Assembly: GCF_003467125.1 (NCBI RefSeq)
Contig: NZ_QSFA01000011.1
Coordinates: forward strand, 17,980-57,979
Reading direction: 5' to 3'
DNA from: Megasphaera sp. AM44-1BH
GTDB lineage: Bacteria; Bacillota; Negativicutes; Veillonellales; Megasphaeraceae
Length of the DNA: 40,000 nucleotides
Shown here: positions 17,429 to 25,209 of the stretch, piece by piece
How positions within the stretch are numbered: position 1 is the stretch's first letter
How the letters are laid out: each line of letters begins with the position of its first letter
Notes under the pieces: model-generated
The model's database searches: none
What the model was told of the DNA's origin: nothing
What the model saw: only the letters and a program-made list of their open reading frames with translations
Translations under genes and position numbers: made by a program

Positions 17429-18452
17429 AGCCAGAGAGCAGGATGAGATTTTAAAAGAACTGCAGGAAAACTCGAGTTCAACTGTATCGAGTTTTGAAGG
17501 CACCTTTACGTATGATTCGTTTGCTGCCAATAGTATCGAGTTCGCCAAACAGGAAGTTGAACGGGAACAAGCCTATAAAGCCATGTTTGCCCGGACCAGC
17601 TGGGGCGAATACCTTGAAATGAGGGCGGAGGAACATGGCATTTTCCGGCGACAGGCCGTCAAGGCCAAAGGAACGGCCACGGTATCCGGCAATGGGACTG
17701 TGCCACAAGGAAGTGTATTCCAGACGGCCACAGGTGTTGCTTTCTACACGACGAAAGCCGTCACAATTACCCGGTCCGGTGATGTACCTATTGAGTGCAG
17801 TACTGCGGGGGCAACTGGAAATGTAAAAGCTGGTACGATTACCGTCATCCCTATGTCTATCCCAGGTATCAGCTCCGTGACGAATGCCGACGCTACCTAT
17901 GACGGATTTGATGAAGAGGACGACGCCACCTTATACAACCGGTTGATTTTTAAAGTACGGCAACCAGCTACTTCCGGGAATGTGAATGATTATATCGAGT
18001 GGGCGACATCTATAGCTGGTGTTGGTCATGTGACAGTCGTTCCACTCTGGAACGGTAACGGCACGGTAAAAGTCATCATTACAGACTCTAGCGGAAATCC
18101 GGCGTCATCGAATCTGTTGACACAAGTGGCCACCGCTATTGAAGCAAAACACCCTATCGGGGCTACAGTGTCTGTGGTCGCGCCGGCTATTTTAGAATTG
18201 CATATTGCGCTGACACCTACTGAGGGCAAAGGCGATGCCAACGCTATCAAAACGCTGTTGAACAATTACTTCGCGTCAAAAAATTTCGGTGGCGAGAAAG
18301 TTTCTTATGCGGTTGTAGGTAAAATGATTATCGACGATGAATCGACAAATGTCACAGATTATGATTCTCTCACTATCAACGGCGATACGAAAAACATTTC
18401 CTTAACAGACAAGCAGATACCGAAAGTAACGGAGGTGGTGCTGAATGGCTGA
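17421..18452 (+). CDS. Baseplate J-like protein (XkdT-like)
   Basis: 343 aa. The N-terminus ..REQDEILKELQEN...SFEGTFTYD.. and the overall pattern are typical of the Baseplate_J family. Confidence 0.8.
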   Translation: MYEAREQDEILKELQENSSSTVSSFEGTFTYDSFAANSIEFAKQEVEREQAYKAMFARTSWGEYLEMRAEEHGIFRRQAVKAKGTATVSGNGTVPQGSVFQTATGVAFYTTKAVTITRSGDVPIECSTAGATGNVKAGTITVIPMSIPGISSVTNADATYDGFDEEDDATLYNRLIFKVRQPATSGNVNDYIEWATSIAGVGHVTVVPLWNGNGTVKVIITDSSGNPASSNLLTQVATAIEAKHPIGATVSVVAPAILELHIALTPTEGKGDANAIKTLLNNYFASKNFGGEKVSYAVVGKMIIDDESTNVTDYDSLTINGDTKNISLTDKQIPKVTEVVLNG

Positions 18453-19095
18453 TACTCCGGATTTTCAATTCTTACGGAATACAAAGGTTGACTTAAGCCG
18501 ATATCTTCCGGCCTTCCTGTTCCGCGATGCCGTTTTTTCCAATACGTTGAATACCTTATCCTATGAGCATGAATTGCAACGGCTGACACTAACAGACGCT
18601 GCCAAGCAGGCATTTGTCCAGACCGCAACCTGGGGTCTGGATGACTGGGAAGAATTTGTAGGACTAGAACATGCCCAGGTAGATACAGTACAGACTAGAA
18701 GAAATAAGATCCTGATGAAGCTGACAGGCGTTGAGTCTGTGACGGTACCATTTCTTGAGGCTCTTATTAATCAATATATCGATGATAAAAGCGGCACCGT
18801 AACAGACCATCCTGAAACGTATAGCGCAGATTTCAACATCCCGCTTGTTGATAAAGCGAGTCTGCTTGGTATTGCCAAAGACGTGCGTACATATATTCCA
18901 GCTCATATCGGACAGGTGTATAAAGCGCACGCAGATACAAACGTAGAGAACCACATTGCCTTGCTGAAATCCACGGTAAAAACCATTGATGTTTATCCAG
19001 CAGCCATCGAAAAAATCGCCCCAGAATCGACATTCTACGTTGCTATGGCGATGACAACGACAGAAAGACTTACTTTGTATATAGGAGGTATTTGA
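18445..19095 (+). CDS. XkdU/YmfQ-like tail protein (DUF2313-like)
   Basis: Synteny after baseplate J, size 216 aa, and the YLPAFL..LN.L..E...L pattern. Confidence 0.6.
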   Translation: MADTPDFQFLRNTKVDLSRYLPAFLFRDAVFSNTLNTLSYEHELQRLTLTDAAKQAFVQTATWGLDDWEEFVGLEHAQVDTVQTRRNKILMKLTGVESVTVPFLEALINQYIDDKSGTVTDHPETYSADFNIPLVDKASLLGIAKDVRTYIPAHIGQVYKAHADTNVENHIALLKSTVKTIDVYPAAIEKIAPESTFYVAMAMTTTERLTLYIGGI

Positions 19096-20057
19096 TGGCA
19101 ACTTACAACCAATTTGTAGTGACAGATGCCGGGCGCGCCCTGCTGGCTAAAGCGGTCGCGAATAAAGGCACGTTCACGGTATCGTCTATCAAGACGAGCT
19201 CACATACGTATACGCAGAGCGCGATTGCAGCGCTCACATCGCTCGACGATATAAGACAGAGCTTCCCACTGGCATCAGCCACTACAGTAGACAGTACAAC
19301 TATCAAACTCGAATTCAATGTTACCAATGTCGGCCTGTCCGCGTCGTATACGCTGGCCACGCTAGGCGTCTACGCGACGTACAATAACTCCGAGACGCTT
19401 TTTGCCGTCAGCACGGCGAATAACCCTGACGTGATGAATGCCGAGCAGGCAGGCGCGCTGGTACGCAATATCTTGACCACGGTCTACATCAAGACCTCGA
19501 ATGCATCGAGTATCAGCATCGCCGTCGCAATGGACACGTACGTTACAAAAGCGATGCTCGACGCCGCAGAGACAAAAGCCCTGGATCGCGCACACCCGAT
19601 TGGCAGCGTTTATTTGAATATCGGTGGTACAGATCCCGCAACGGCTTTTGGCGGCACCTGGAAGAAAATTGAAGGGTCGTACCTGCTGGCGTCGGGAAGC
19701 TATGCCGGAAAGACGCTTACAGCTGGCAAGACGGTCGGCGAGGAAATGCATAATATTACTATCACAGAGATGCCAATGCATAGCCACGGAGGCACGACAG
19801 ATACGGGTGGTAAGCATAGACACTGGACGAATGGCGCGCTACCGCGCGATTTACAATGGGATGCGTGTGAAGGAAATGATAACGAGCCGGCAATAGGCTA
19901 CGGCGACGGTTGCTGGCGGGGCCATCGAGTGGATGGCCATACGTCTTCGGACGGCGACCACACACACGAATTCACAACAAACGACGCAGGCGGCGGCGCG
20001 GGGATGTTGATTATGCCGCTCGCCACCGTCGTTGATGCATGGTATCGCACAGCATGA
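19095..20057 (+). CDS. Tail fibre protein (tail-collar fibre N-terminus, C-terminal HxH-rich tip)
   Basis: N-terminus ATYNQFVVTDAGRALLAKAVANKGTF (DUF3751-like). C-terminus PIGSVYLN..FGGTWKKI..EMPMHSHGG..HRHW..DHTHEF. I prefer ATG 19095 over TTG 19092. Confidence 0.7.
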   Translation: MATYNQFVVTDAGRALLAKAVANKGTFTVSSIKTSSHTYTQSAIAALTSLDDIRQSFPLASATTVDSTTIKLEFNVTNVGLSASYTLATLGVYATYNNSETLFAVSTANNPDVMNAEQAGALVRNILTTVYIKTSNASSISIAVAMDTYVTKAMLDAAETKALDRAHPIGSVYLNIGGTDPATAFGGTWKKIEGSYLLASGSYAGKTLTAGKTVGEEMHNITITEMPMHSHGGTTDTGGKHRHWTNGALPRDLQWDACEGNDNEPAIGYGDGCWRGHRVDGHTSSDGDHTHEFTTNDAGGGAGMLIMPLATVVDAWYRTA

Positions 20058-20071
20058 GGAGGTGAAACAGC

Positions 20072-20893
20072 ATGTCAAATTTTTCGAGTGGCTACGCGCT
20101 GACGAATGCCGGAGCAAAGCTCATGGCAGATGTCGAAGCTGGCAAGCTCACGCTCAAGCTGACAAAGATGCAGCTCGGCAGCGGGCTGGCAAATACCGTC
20201 GATGATTATGCCGCACGATCGGCGCTCTTTGCACCGCAGAATACGATGGTCATCACGAGCATCACGACAGAGGACGTCGGCGATGTGCGCACGTGCTTAC
20301 TCACTGCATCCCTGACAAGCGAAGCAGTAAACTCTGGCTATGAAGCGACAGAGCTAGGCGTTTTCGCGCAAGACAGTACTGACAAAGAAATCCTTTACGG
20401 GGTTTGCTATGACAGCATGCCTGGCTACATTGCATGTAAGACTGACGGTAATAATGTACAGATGGTTTTCCATGTGCGCATCGTCACGACGAGTAAAGCA
20501 ATTGTCGAATTGGTACTACCAAAGACCGCCGAAGAGCTTGTTGCGCTGACACAGGAAAATTCCGCCAAAGCCATTGACTTCGCTACCGCTGCGGCAAAAA
20601 GCGCAGCTGATGCATCTACAAGCGATAGCTACGCTCAGGCCGCGATGAGTAGTGCGGCAGATTATGCCAGCAAAGCAAAAAGCAGCGCTACAGACGCAGC
20701 CTTGAGTGCCACCACCGCATCTAATCAGGCCGCCGCGGCTGCCGCATCGCATTCCGCGATAGCTGACGTGCAGGTCAGCGTAGAAAGGATGTATCGCGCC
20801 ATGCGCTACGACATCGTAGGACCGCCGCCGGAGTACATGACGATTGCGAATTTCATTGTCGGCGCAGGCCCGGCGGCCATGGCATCGAGATAA
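20072..20893 (+). CDS. Second tail fibre protein (DUF3751-like N-terminus, Ala/Ser-rich coiled coil)
   Basis: N-terminus GYALTNAGAKLMADVEAGKLTLKLTKMQLGSG. The C-terminal half is low-complexity and Ala/Ser-rich. Confidence 0.65.
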   Translation: MSNFSSGYALTNAGAKLMADVEAGKLTLKLTKMQLGSGLANTVDDYAARSALFAPQNTMVITSITTEDVGDVRTCLLTASLTSEAVNSGYEATELGVFAQDSTDKEILYGVCYDSMPGYIACKTDGNNVQMVFHVRIVTTSKAIVELVLPKTAEELVALTQENSAKAIDFATAAAKSAADASTSDSYAQAAMSSAADYASKAKSSATDAALSATTASNQAAAAAASHSAIADVQVSVERMYRAMRYDIVGPPPEYMTIANFIVGAGPAAMASR

Positions 20894-20908
20894 AGGAGGT
20901 GAGGACAC

Positions 20909-21331
20909 ATGGCAGATACAACAACGGAAGGAACCGGCGGCTACTCTCGCATACAGCACTCCATCGCAACCGCAGCAGAATGGGAGAAATACAACCCGGC
21001 CATACGCCCGGGCGAATTGCTCTTTGTCAAAAAGCCCGACGGAAAGACAAGCGTCAAAGTAAACACCGGAGACAGCGACGCCCGATATGAGGACATCGAC
21101 ACTGTGTGGGACCAGGGTGTAGCAGAGCAGCTACAAACCAACCTGGCTGACACAAAAGCGGCATCCAGCGCGGCAGTAGACGCAAAGAACGCGGCCCAGA
21201 CATACGCCCAGCAAGCGGAAGCGACAGCGAATGCTATCAAAGAAAAGGAGATTCTGGCCATCACGGACAGCGTGAGTCTAGCAATTAACACCGAGGATGG
21301 CGGCCTGGATCTCGTCATTACGACACAGTAA
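20909..21331 (+). CDS. Fibre-associated protein with an Mtd-N / hyaluronidase-N-like segment
   Basis: The segment IQHSIATAAEWEKYNPAIRPGELLFVKKPDGKTSVKVNTGDSDARYEDI resembles the N-terminal domain of major tropism determinants, followed by a coiled coil. Confidence 0.5.
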   Translation: MADTTTEGTGGYSRIQHSIATAAEWEKYNPAIRPGELLFVKKPDGKTSVKVNTGDSDARYEDIDTVWDQGVAEQLQTNLADTKAASSAAVDAKNAAQTYAQQAEATANAIKEKEILAITDSVSLAINTEDGGLDLVITTQ

Positions 21332-21343
21332 GGAGGATGAAAC

Positions 21344-22567
21344 ATGGCAACAGATATTGTAAATTTTCCGCGGCGCGAAGACTACACGCGCATCGCCGCG
21401 GCCATTGAATCACAAAACGATATTTTTAGGAATCATTTTAAAACAGCTGGAGAATCGGCAGTAAGGTCATGGGAGGGATTCCGCAACCTTTGCCGTGCCG
21501 GCGGCATCCGCACATACTACAGTGTAGGCGACCAGCTCCAATGCAAAAAAGGAGACACGACATTAACATGGGATATCGTGCATATCGGCGATGTCGAAGA
21601 GACGGGCGGCAACTACGTCATCTTGCAGACGCACGACTGCTTGCCAATGGACACAATGGAGTTTGACTCGCGTGAGGCGATTTTCTGCACGAAGACAGAA
21701 CTTCCGGCAGGCACGTACCATTTTACGACGTCCACGTCCGGCATTACGGACCCGAATTGGACAGACTCTAGCAAATCTGGCTGGACAAAGAGCTGGCAGT
21801 TTACGACGACAAAAGCTGTGCCAGCTGGCGGCCAAATCAATTTTGCAAAAGGGATGGACTGGAATACGAGCCTTGCTCCGCTCGGCATCGCGACATACTC
21901 GACGCCGGCGGACACGACAGCGCTTGAGACGGTCACGCTTACAGAGGGCACCAATGGCACAGACCTTGCGACACTTGGCACGGTCAATCATGCGCAGCGC
22001 GTCTGCTATGGCTACAACCGCTGGAGCCAGTCTGGACTCAGACAATGGCTCAACAGCAAAGCAGGCGCGGGTGCATGGTGGAGCCCGCGCAATGATTTTG
22101 ACCGACCTGAGCATTATGCGACATGGGCGGGCTTTATGAATGACCTCGATGCCGATTTCCTCGCCGTCGTCGCAAAGTCGAACCTCATCACGGACATCAA
22201 TAAAATCAGTGACGCCGGCGGTCACGAAACGACACAGGACTACTTCTTCTTGCCGGCGATGGTCAATCTCAATGGTGGCAATAACTTCTACTCTAATCCC
22301 GGCTCGGCCGTGCAGGACATCGAAGATACGGTCGTCTGGGATTACTACACGAAATTCCGCCGCGATGGCAAAACAGGAACAAATGCCGAACAAGACGATA
22401 ACCGCCGCAAGTACAAACAGGGGACCTCAACGGAATGGTCCTGGTGGGAACGGTCGCCGCACTGCGATCTTGCGTACTGCGTGCGCGTCACCGATGGCGG
22501 TCGCACCTGGTGGTTCAACAGCGCGTACAGCTGGAACGGCGTCGCCCCGGCTTGCCGCATCGAATAA
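21344..22567 (+). CDS. Receptor-binding protein (DUF6273/C-type-lectin-fold-like), probable DGR target
   Basis: Motifs YGYNRWSQSGLRQWLNS, FDRP and the C-terminus WSWWERSPHCDLAYCVRVTDGGRTWWFNSAYSWNGVAPACRIE. avd and an RT remnant follow. Confidence 0.7.
   Translation: MATDIVNFPRREDYTRIAAAIESQNDIFRNHFKTAGESAVRSWEGFRNLCRAGGIRTYYSVGDQLQCKKGDTTLTWDIVHIGDVEETGGNYVILQTHDCLPMDTMEFDSREAIFCTKTELPAGTYHFTTSTSGITDPNWTDSSKSGWTKSWQFTTTKAVPAGGQINFAKGMDWNTSLAPLGIATYSTPADTTALETVTLTEGTNGTDLATLGTVNHAQRVCYGYNRWSQSGLRQWLNSKAGAGAWWSPRNDFDRPEHYATWAGFMNDLDADFLAVVAKSNLITDINKISDAGGHETTQDYFFLPAMVNLNGGNNFYSNPGSAVQDIEDTVVWDYYTKFRRDGKTGTNAEQDDNRRKYKQGTSTEWSWWERSPHCDLAYCVRVTDGGRTWWFNSAYSWNGVAPACRIE
22436..22564 (+). other. 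Putative DGR variable region (VR). The 5' boundary is approximate
   Basis: Adenine content is 16/120 in 22441-22560 against 42/120 in 22321-22440 (hand count). The 3' end is GC-rich (GGCGTCGCCCCGGC). Confidence 0.5.
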
Positions 22568-22574
22568 TCAATAA

Positions 22575-22598
22575 ATCCGCCGCCCCTCGGCGGCGGAT
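22575..22598 (+). promoter_or_regulatory. GC-rich hairpin downstream of the VR (DGR target-recognition-type stem-loop)
   Basis: ATCCGCCGCC-CCTC-GGCGGCGGAT is a perfect 10-bp stem with a 4-nt loop, starting 8 nt after the stop. No T-tract follows. Confidence 0.55.
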
Positions 22599-22616
22599 GG
22601 ATAGAGGAGAAGAGAA

Positions 22617-23150
22617 ATGGCTATACCGAAATCAAAGCGCACGACCACGCCGCTCAGCGTGCTTGTCGAAGCCGATACACTCGCATGCTACACGATACTA
22701 ATTTGCACCGACGAAAGACGCTTTCCAAAGCGCTACCGCTGGTGTCTGACACAGCAGATTATTGATGTAGCCGTGCAAGCAAAGATGCATATCGCAAAAG
22801 CGAACTCAGTCTACGTCAATGACCGCGAGAGCGCGACACTCCGGCGCACGTATCAGCAGAAAGCCGTTGCTGACATTGCGGCACTCAGCGCCGCGATGGA
22901 TACCGCTTTCAAGCTTTTCAGTGGCTTGCGTCACATCGACACGACGAGCAAGCCGAAGAAACGCATCAATATTGCGACGTGGACGGCGCAGCTCGATAAA
23001 GTCAAATCACTGCTCCTCGCGTGGAAGAAATCAGATACCGATTACAACTGCACCCGAAGAAGTGCCGTGTCGTGCCTGTGTCACGCGGCTTCAAATGGCT
23101 CGGTTTCCGGATGCGCGTCAAGCCGTCTGGCAAGATACTCGTCACGCTGA
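22617..23150 (+). CDS. avd: Avd-like accessory variability determinant (four-helix bundle) with an aberrant 37-aa read-through tail
   Basis: RFPKRYRWCLTQQIIDVAVQAKMHIAKANS...RRTYQQKAVADIAALSAAMDTAFKLF...LLLAWKKSD. After ~nt 23037 the frame continues into RT-derived DNA out of frame. Confidence 0.55.
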   Translation: MAIPKSKRTTTPLSVLVEADTLACYTILICTDERRFPKRYRWCLTQQIIDVAVQAKMHIAKANSVYVNDRESATLRRTYQQKAVADIAALSAAMDTAFKLFSGLRHIDTTSKPKKRINIATWTAQLDKVKSLLLAWKKSDTDYNCTRRSAVSCLCHAASNGSVSGCASSRLARYSSR

Positions 23151-23347
23151 ATAAGGACAAAATCTATCACGAGCGCAGAAAGCTCAAGAAGATGGTCAAG
23201 CTCATCAAAGCTGGCAAGCTGCCACGCGATACAGCCGAGGTAAGCCTGCGATGTTGGGCCGCTCATGCCGAGCATGGCAACAATTATAACGTCATCAAAA
23301 AGATGTATGAATATTATAGAAATCTATGGAGGGATGAAGATGTTTAA
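23021..23347 (+). pseudogene. Reverse transcriptase remnant (C-terminal third of a DGR-type RT)
   Basis: IRYRLQLHPKKCRVVPVSRGFKWLGFRM...SLRCWAAHAEHGNNYNVIKKM. An in-frame TAA at 22997-22999 closes the frame upstream. No fingers/palm motifs and no YxDD. Confidence 0.6.
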
Positions 23348-23519
23348 AGCAATCACAATGGAAGAGCGCTTACAGAAGGCGGAAACAACAAACCGAGCCC
23401 TGCGCTCTCAGCTCGATCAGAGCGTAGCACAAACGGCGTATGTCGCAATGATGAGCGGCGTAGACCTGCCGACAACAGAAACGACAAATATGGCGGAAGG
23501 AGGCGAAAACGATGAGTAA
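23334..23519 (+). CDS. Hypothetical small protein (XkdW position)
   Basis: MKMFKAITMEERLQKAETTNRALRSQLDQ.... TGGAGGG lies upstream. I chose the internal start of track ORF 23265-23519. Confidence 0.45.
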   Translation: MKMFKAITMEERLQKAETTNRALRSQLDQSVAQTAYVAMMSGVDLPTTETTNMAEGGENDE

Positions 23520-23655
23520 ATGGTACGCAAAAATCAAGGGCTGGTATGAAGCCGGATGGTGGACGAAAAAAATGGTCAAGAATGCAGTCGTGAAAGAAAA
23601 AATTACGGCTGACGAATATAAGACGATTACGAGCGAAGACTATGTCGCTGATTGA
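23512..23655 (+). CDS. XkdX-family small phage protein (47 aa, below the track cutoff)
   Basis: Hand translation MSKWYAKIKGWYEAGWWTKKMVKNAVVKEKITADEYKTITSEDYVAD*. The pattern is typical of XkdX. GGAAGGAGG RBS. Confidence 0.75.
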   Translation: MSKWYAKIKGWYEAGWWTKKMVKNAVVKEKITADEYKTITSEDYVAD

Positions 23656-23803
23656 AATTATTGACGTGCAGTGCGAAATCATCAAGATGCAGAGCAAACT
23701 AATAAAAAATATGGCCATTGAAATTGGTCAGGAAAATATCTTTGCAGAAGAGATGAGCCGCATTAATGCACTGAAAGAAAGAATCGAGGCGCAGAATGAA
23801 TGA
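23642..23803 (+). CDS. Hypothetical 53-aa protein (below the track cutoff)
   Basis: Hand translation MSLIEIIDVQCEIIKMQSKLIKNMAIEIGQENIFAEEMSRINALKERIEAQNE*. It overlaps both neighbours, and the RBS is weak. Confidence 0.35.
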   Translation: MSLIEIIDVQCEIIKMQSKLIKNMAIEIGQENIFAEEMSRINALKERIEAQNE

Positions 23804-24008
23804 AAGCGAATTGGCAGTAAAATTAGATCGAATCGAGCAGCAGTTAACAGAGCTAAACAGAGAAGTCGTGCAAGCGATTGAATCCGGCAAATCGGCACAT
23901 CATCGAATCGATGACTTAAAACGTGACATCTGCTGGACACTAGGCACAAGTGTGACAGTAGTTGGGATTTTTGCGTCAGTACTTACGTCGGTGCTGTCGC
24001 GTATGTAG
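23796..24008 (+). CDS. XhlA-like membrane protein (lysis accessory)
   Basis: 70 aa with an N-terminal coiled coil (LDRIEQQLTELNREV) and a C-terminal TM segment (WTLGTSVTVVGIFASVLTSVL). Precedes the holin gene. Confidence 0.65.
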   Translation: MNESELAVKLDRIEQQLTELNREVVQAIESGKSAHHRIDDLKRDICWTLGTSVTVVGIFASVLTSVLSRM

Positions 24009-24209
24009 GTGATGCCTATGATTGATAAAATCAATATCGTGGATTTAACGGTCATCATCGGTCTCGTCGTAGCGCTGGTGCTGGCCATTTTTTATGATCA
24101 AAATGAACTGGCTATGAGCATTGCCAGCGGGCTACTCGGCTATATCGGTGGCAATATCAAGACCGCCGCTACGACGAATAGGAGGAATGACGATGAAAGT
24201 GTACATTAA
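24009..24209 (+). CDS. Holin (two TM segments, charged C-terminus)
   Basis: TM segments LTVIIGLVVALVLAIF and LAMSIASGLLGYIGGNI, then KTAATTNRRNDDE. It overlaps the amidase start. The start could be 24009, 24012 or 24018. Confidence 0.7.
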   Translation: MMPMIDKINIVDLTVIIGLVVALVLAIFYDQNELAMSIASGLLGYIGGNIKTAATTNRRNDDESVH

Positions 24210-24762
24210 TCCCGGCCACGATTTAGAGTATGACAGCGGCGCCGTACATACTGCCACGGATGGTACGGTAGACCTCAGAGAGTGTGACGTAGCCGCAAAA
24301 ATCGGGGCAAAAGTAAAAGAATACCTCGAAGCGGCCGGATGTGAATGCCGGCTCCTGCAGTCCGATAATCTTTACTATGACAGCGACCACGACGACCGCC
24401 CCGTTGCTGTTTGCGCAGATGCCAACGACTGGGGAGCAGACGTTTTCGTGAGCATCCATTGCAATGCCGCTAATACGCTTGCACAAGGCACGGAAGTAGA
24501 ATGCTATAAACGTCTGTCTGACGGAGGAGCATTGGCCGTCTTCATCCAGCGCCAGATTGTAAATGCCCTGGGCACGGTAGACCGTGGCGTCAAAGAGATG
24601 CCCCAGCTTATCGTGCTCAAACATACGGATATGCCTGCAGTACTCGTAGAGACGGCGTTTATTGACAATGACGATGATGCAGATCTGCTGGCTACCCGGT
24701 CGGATGAATTAGCTGCAGCCATTGCAAGAGGAATTACAGATTATCAGTGCAGTTTATGTTAA
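24193..24762 (+). CDS. N-acetylmuramoyl-L-alanine amidase endolysin (Amidase_3)
   Basis: Motifs MKVYINPGHD, FVSIHCNA and VLVETAFIDN. I prefer ATG 24193 (GGAGG 7 nt upstream) over the track start 24121. Confidence 0.9.
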   Translation: MKVYINPGHDLEYDSGAVHTATDGTVDLRECDVAAKIGAKVKEYLEAAGCECRLLQSDNLYYDSDHDDRPVAVCADANDWGADVFVSIHCNAANTLAQGTEVECYKRLSDGGALAVFIQRQIVNALGTVDRGVKEMPQLIVLKHTDMPAVLVETAFIDNDDDADLLATRSDELAAAIARGITDYQCSLC

Positions 24763-24866
24763 TACTGGGAGGTGATCATTATCTGTCACTCTGAAAGGTG
24801 GTGATTGTCTCGGTATTTAAAATGCTATATATTATTGTGTTTATTGTATATATGGAGGAATGAATC

Positions 24867-25151
24867 ATGAGCAAATGGACAGAAGTACGTGATGGATTAG
24901 TGTCTGCATTAGATGTTAATGAAGTGGCTGAAGCGGCAAAAGACCAGCTGACAGCCAGCTTAATCAATGATGGTATGCCGGCAATCGAAGCGGTAGCGGA
25001 TAAATTTGTAGAGCAGGTACAGGCACAGGCCGCGTCTGAAACCGGCTGGAATGCGATTCGTGATAAATTTGTGTTGCCGCTGTTAATCAACGGCATGATT
25101 TGGCTGGCAAAATTGGTGCTGAACAAGAGCACTACAACAAAAACTGAATGA
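24867..25151 (+). CDS. Hypothetical 94-aa protein at the prophage end (moron position). The C-terminal stretch is hydrophobic
   Basis: Own RBS (TGGAGGAATGAATCATG). Separated from the amidase gene by 104 nt. Followed by a long hairpin terminator. No family recognised. Confidence 0.5.
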   Translation: MSKWTEVRDGLVSALDVNEVAEAAKDQLTASLINDGMPAIEAVADKFVEQVQAQAASETGWNAIRDKFVLPLLINGMIWLAKLVLNKSTTTKTE

Positions 25152-25161
25152 CAGCTAAAAT

Positions 25162-25209
25162 AAAGAAATCCCGTCAAGTCAGTATGCACTGGTTTGATGG
25201 GATTTCTTT
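25162..25209. terminator. Long hairpin terminator, probably bidirectional
   Basis: AAAGAAATCCCGTCAA (25162-25177) pairs with TTGATGGGATTTCTTT (25194-25209), 16 bp with one G-U pair. The flanks are T-rich on both strands. Confidence 0.65.

Noticed and set aside
21563-22393. 276-aa minus-strand ORF and 182/144-aa alternative + frame ORFs (21591-22139, 22140-22574) inside the receptor-binding gene
   Set aside because: These are Arg-rich products typical of off-frame reading of GC-rich DNA. The annotated frame has clear family motifs and a proper RBS.
22575-22598. GC hairpin as an ordinary rho-independent terminator of the receptor-binding gene
   Set aside because: No T-tract follows on the + strand, and the avd RBS and start follow immediately. 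The DGR-type structural element fits better.
22819-23154. 111-aa Arg/Ser-rich ORF in the third frame across the avd/RT junction
   Set aside because: It has no RBS and a junk-like composition, and it overlaps two frames that carry recognisable homology.
23021-23347. ORF with reverse-transcriptase similarity, considered as a functional RT (DGR, retron or group II intron)
   Set aside because: It is only ~108 codons long and begins downstream of where the YxDD palm motif would be. A stop at 22997-22999 closes the frame upstream. I called it a remnant.
22599-23520. Search by eye for a template repeat (a second, A-rich copy of the VR 22436-22564)
   Set aside because: I found no stretch resembling the VR, for example no second GGCGTCGCCCCGG or TGGTGG..CGGTCGCC. 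The TR therefore appears absent from this window. A computed alignment should confirm this.
24121-24192. Upstream extension of the amidase ORF (track start 24121)
   Set aside because: The extension overlaps the holin coding region and has no RBS. ATG 24193 has GGAGG 7 nt upstream and gives the canonical MKVYINPGHD amidase N-terminus. Similar upstream extensions were rejected for lepA (27747) and def (33192).
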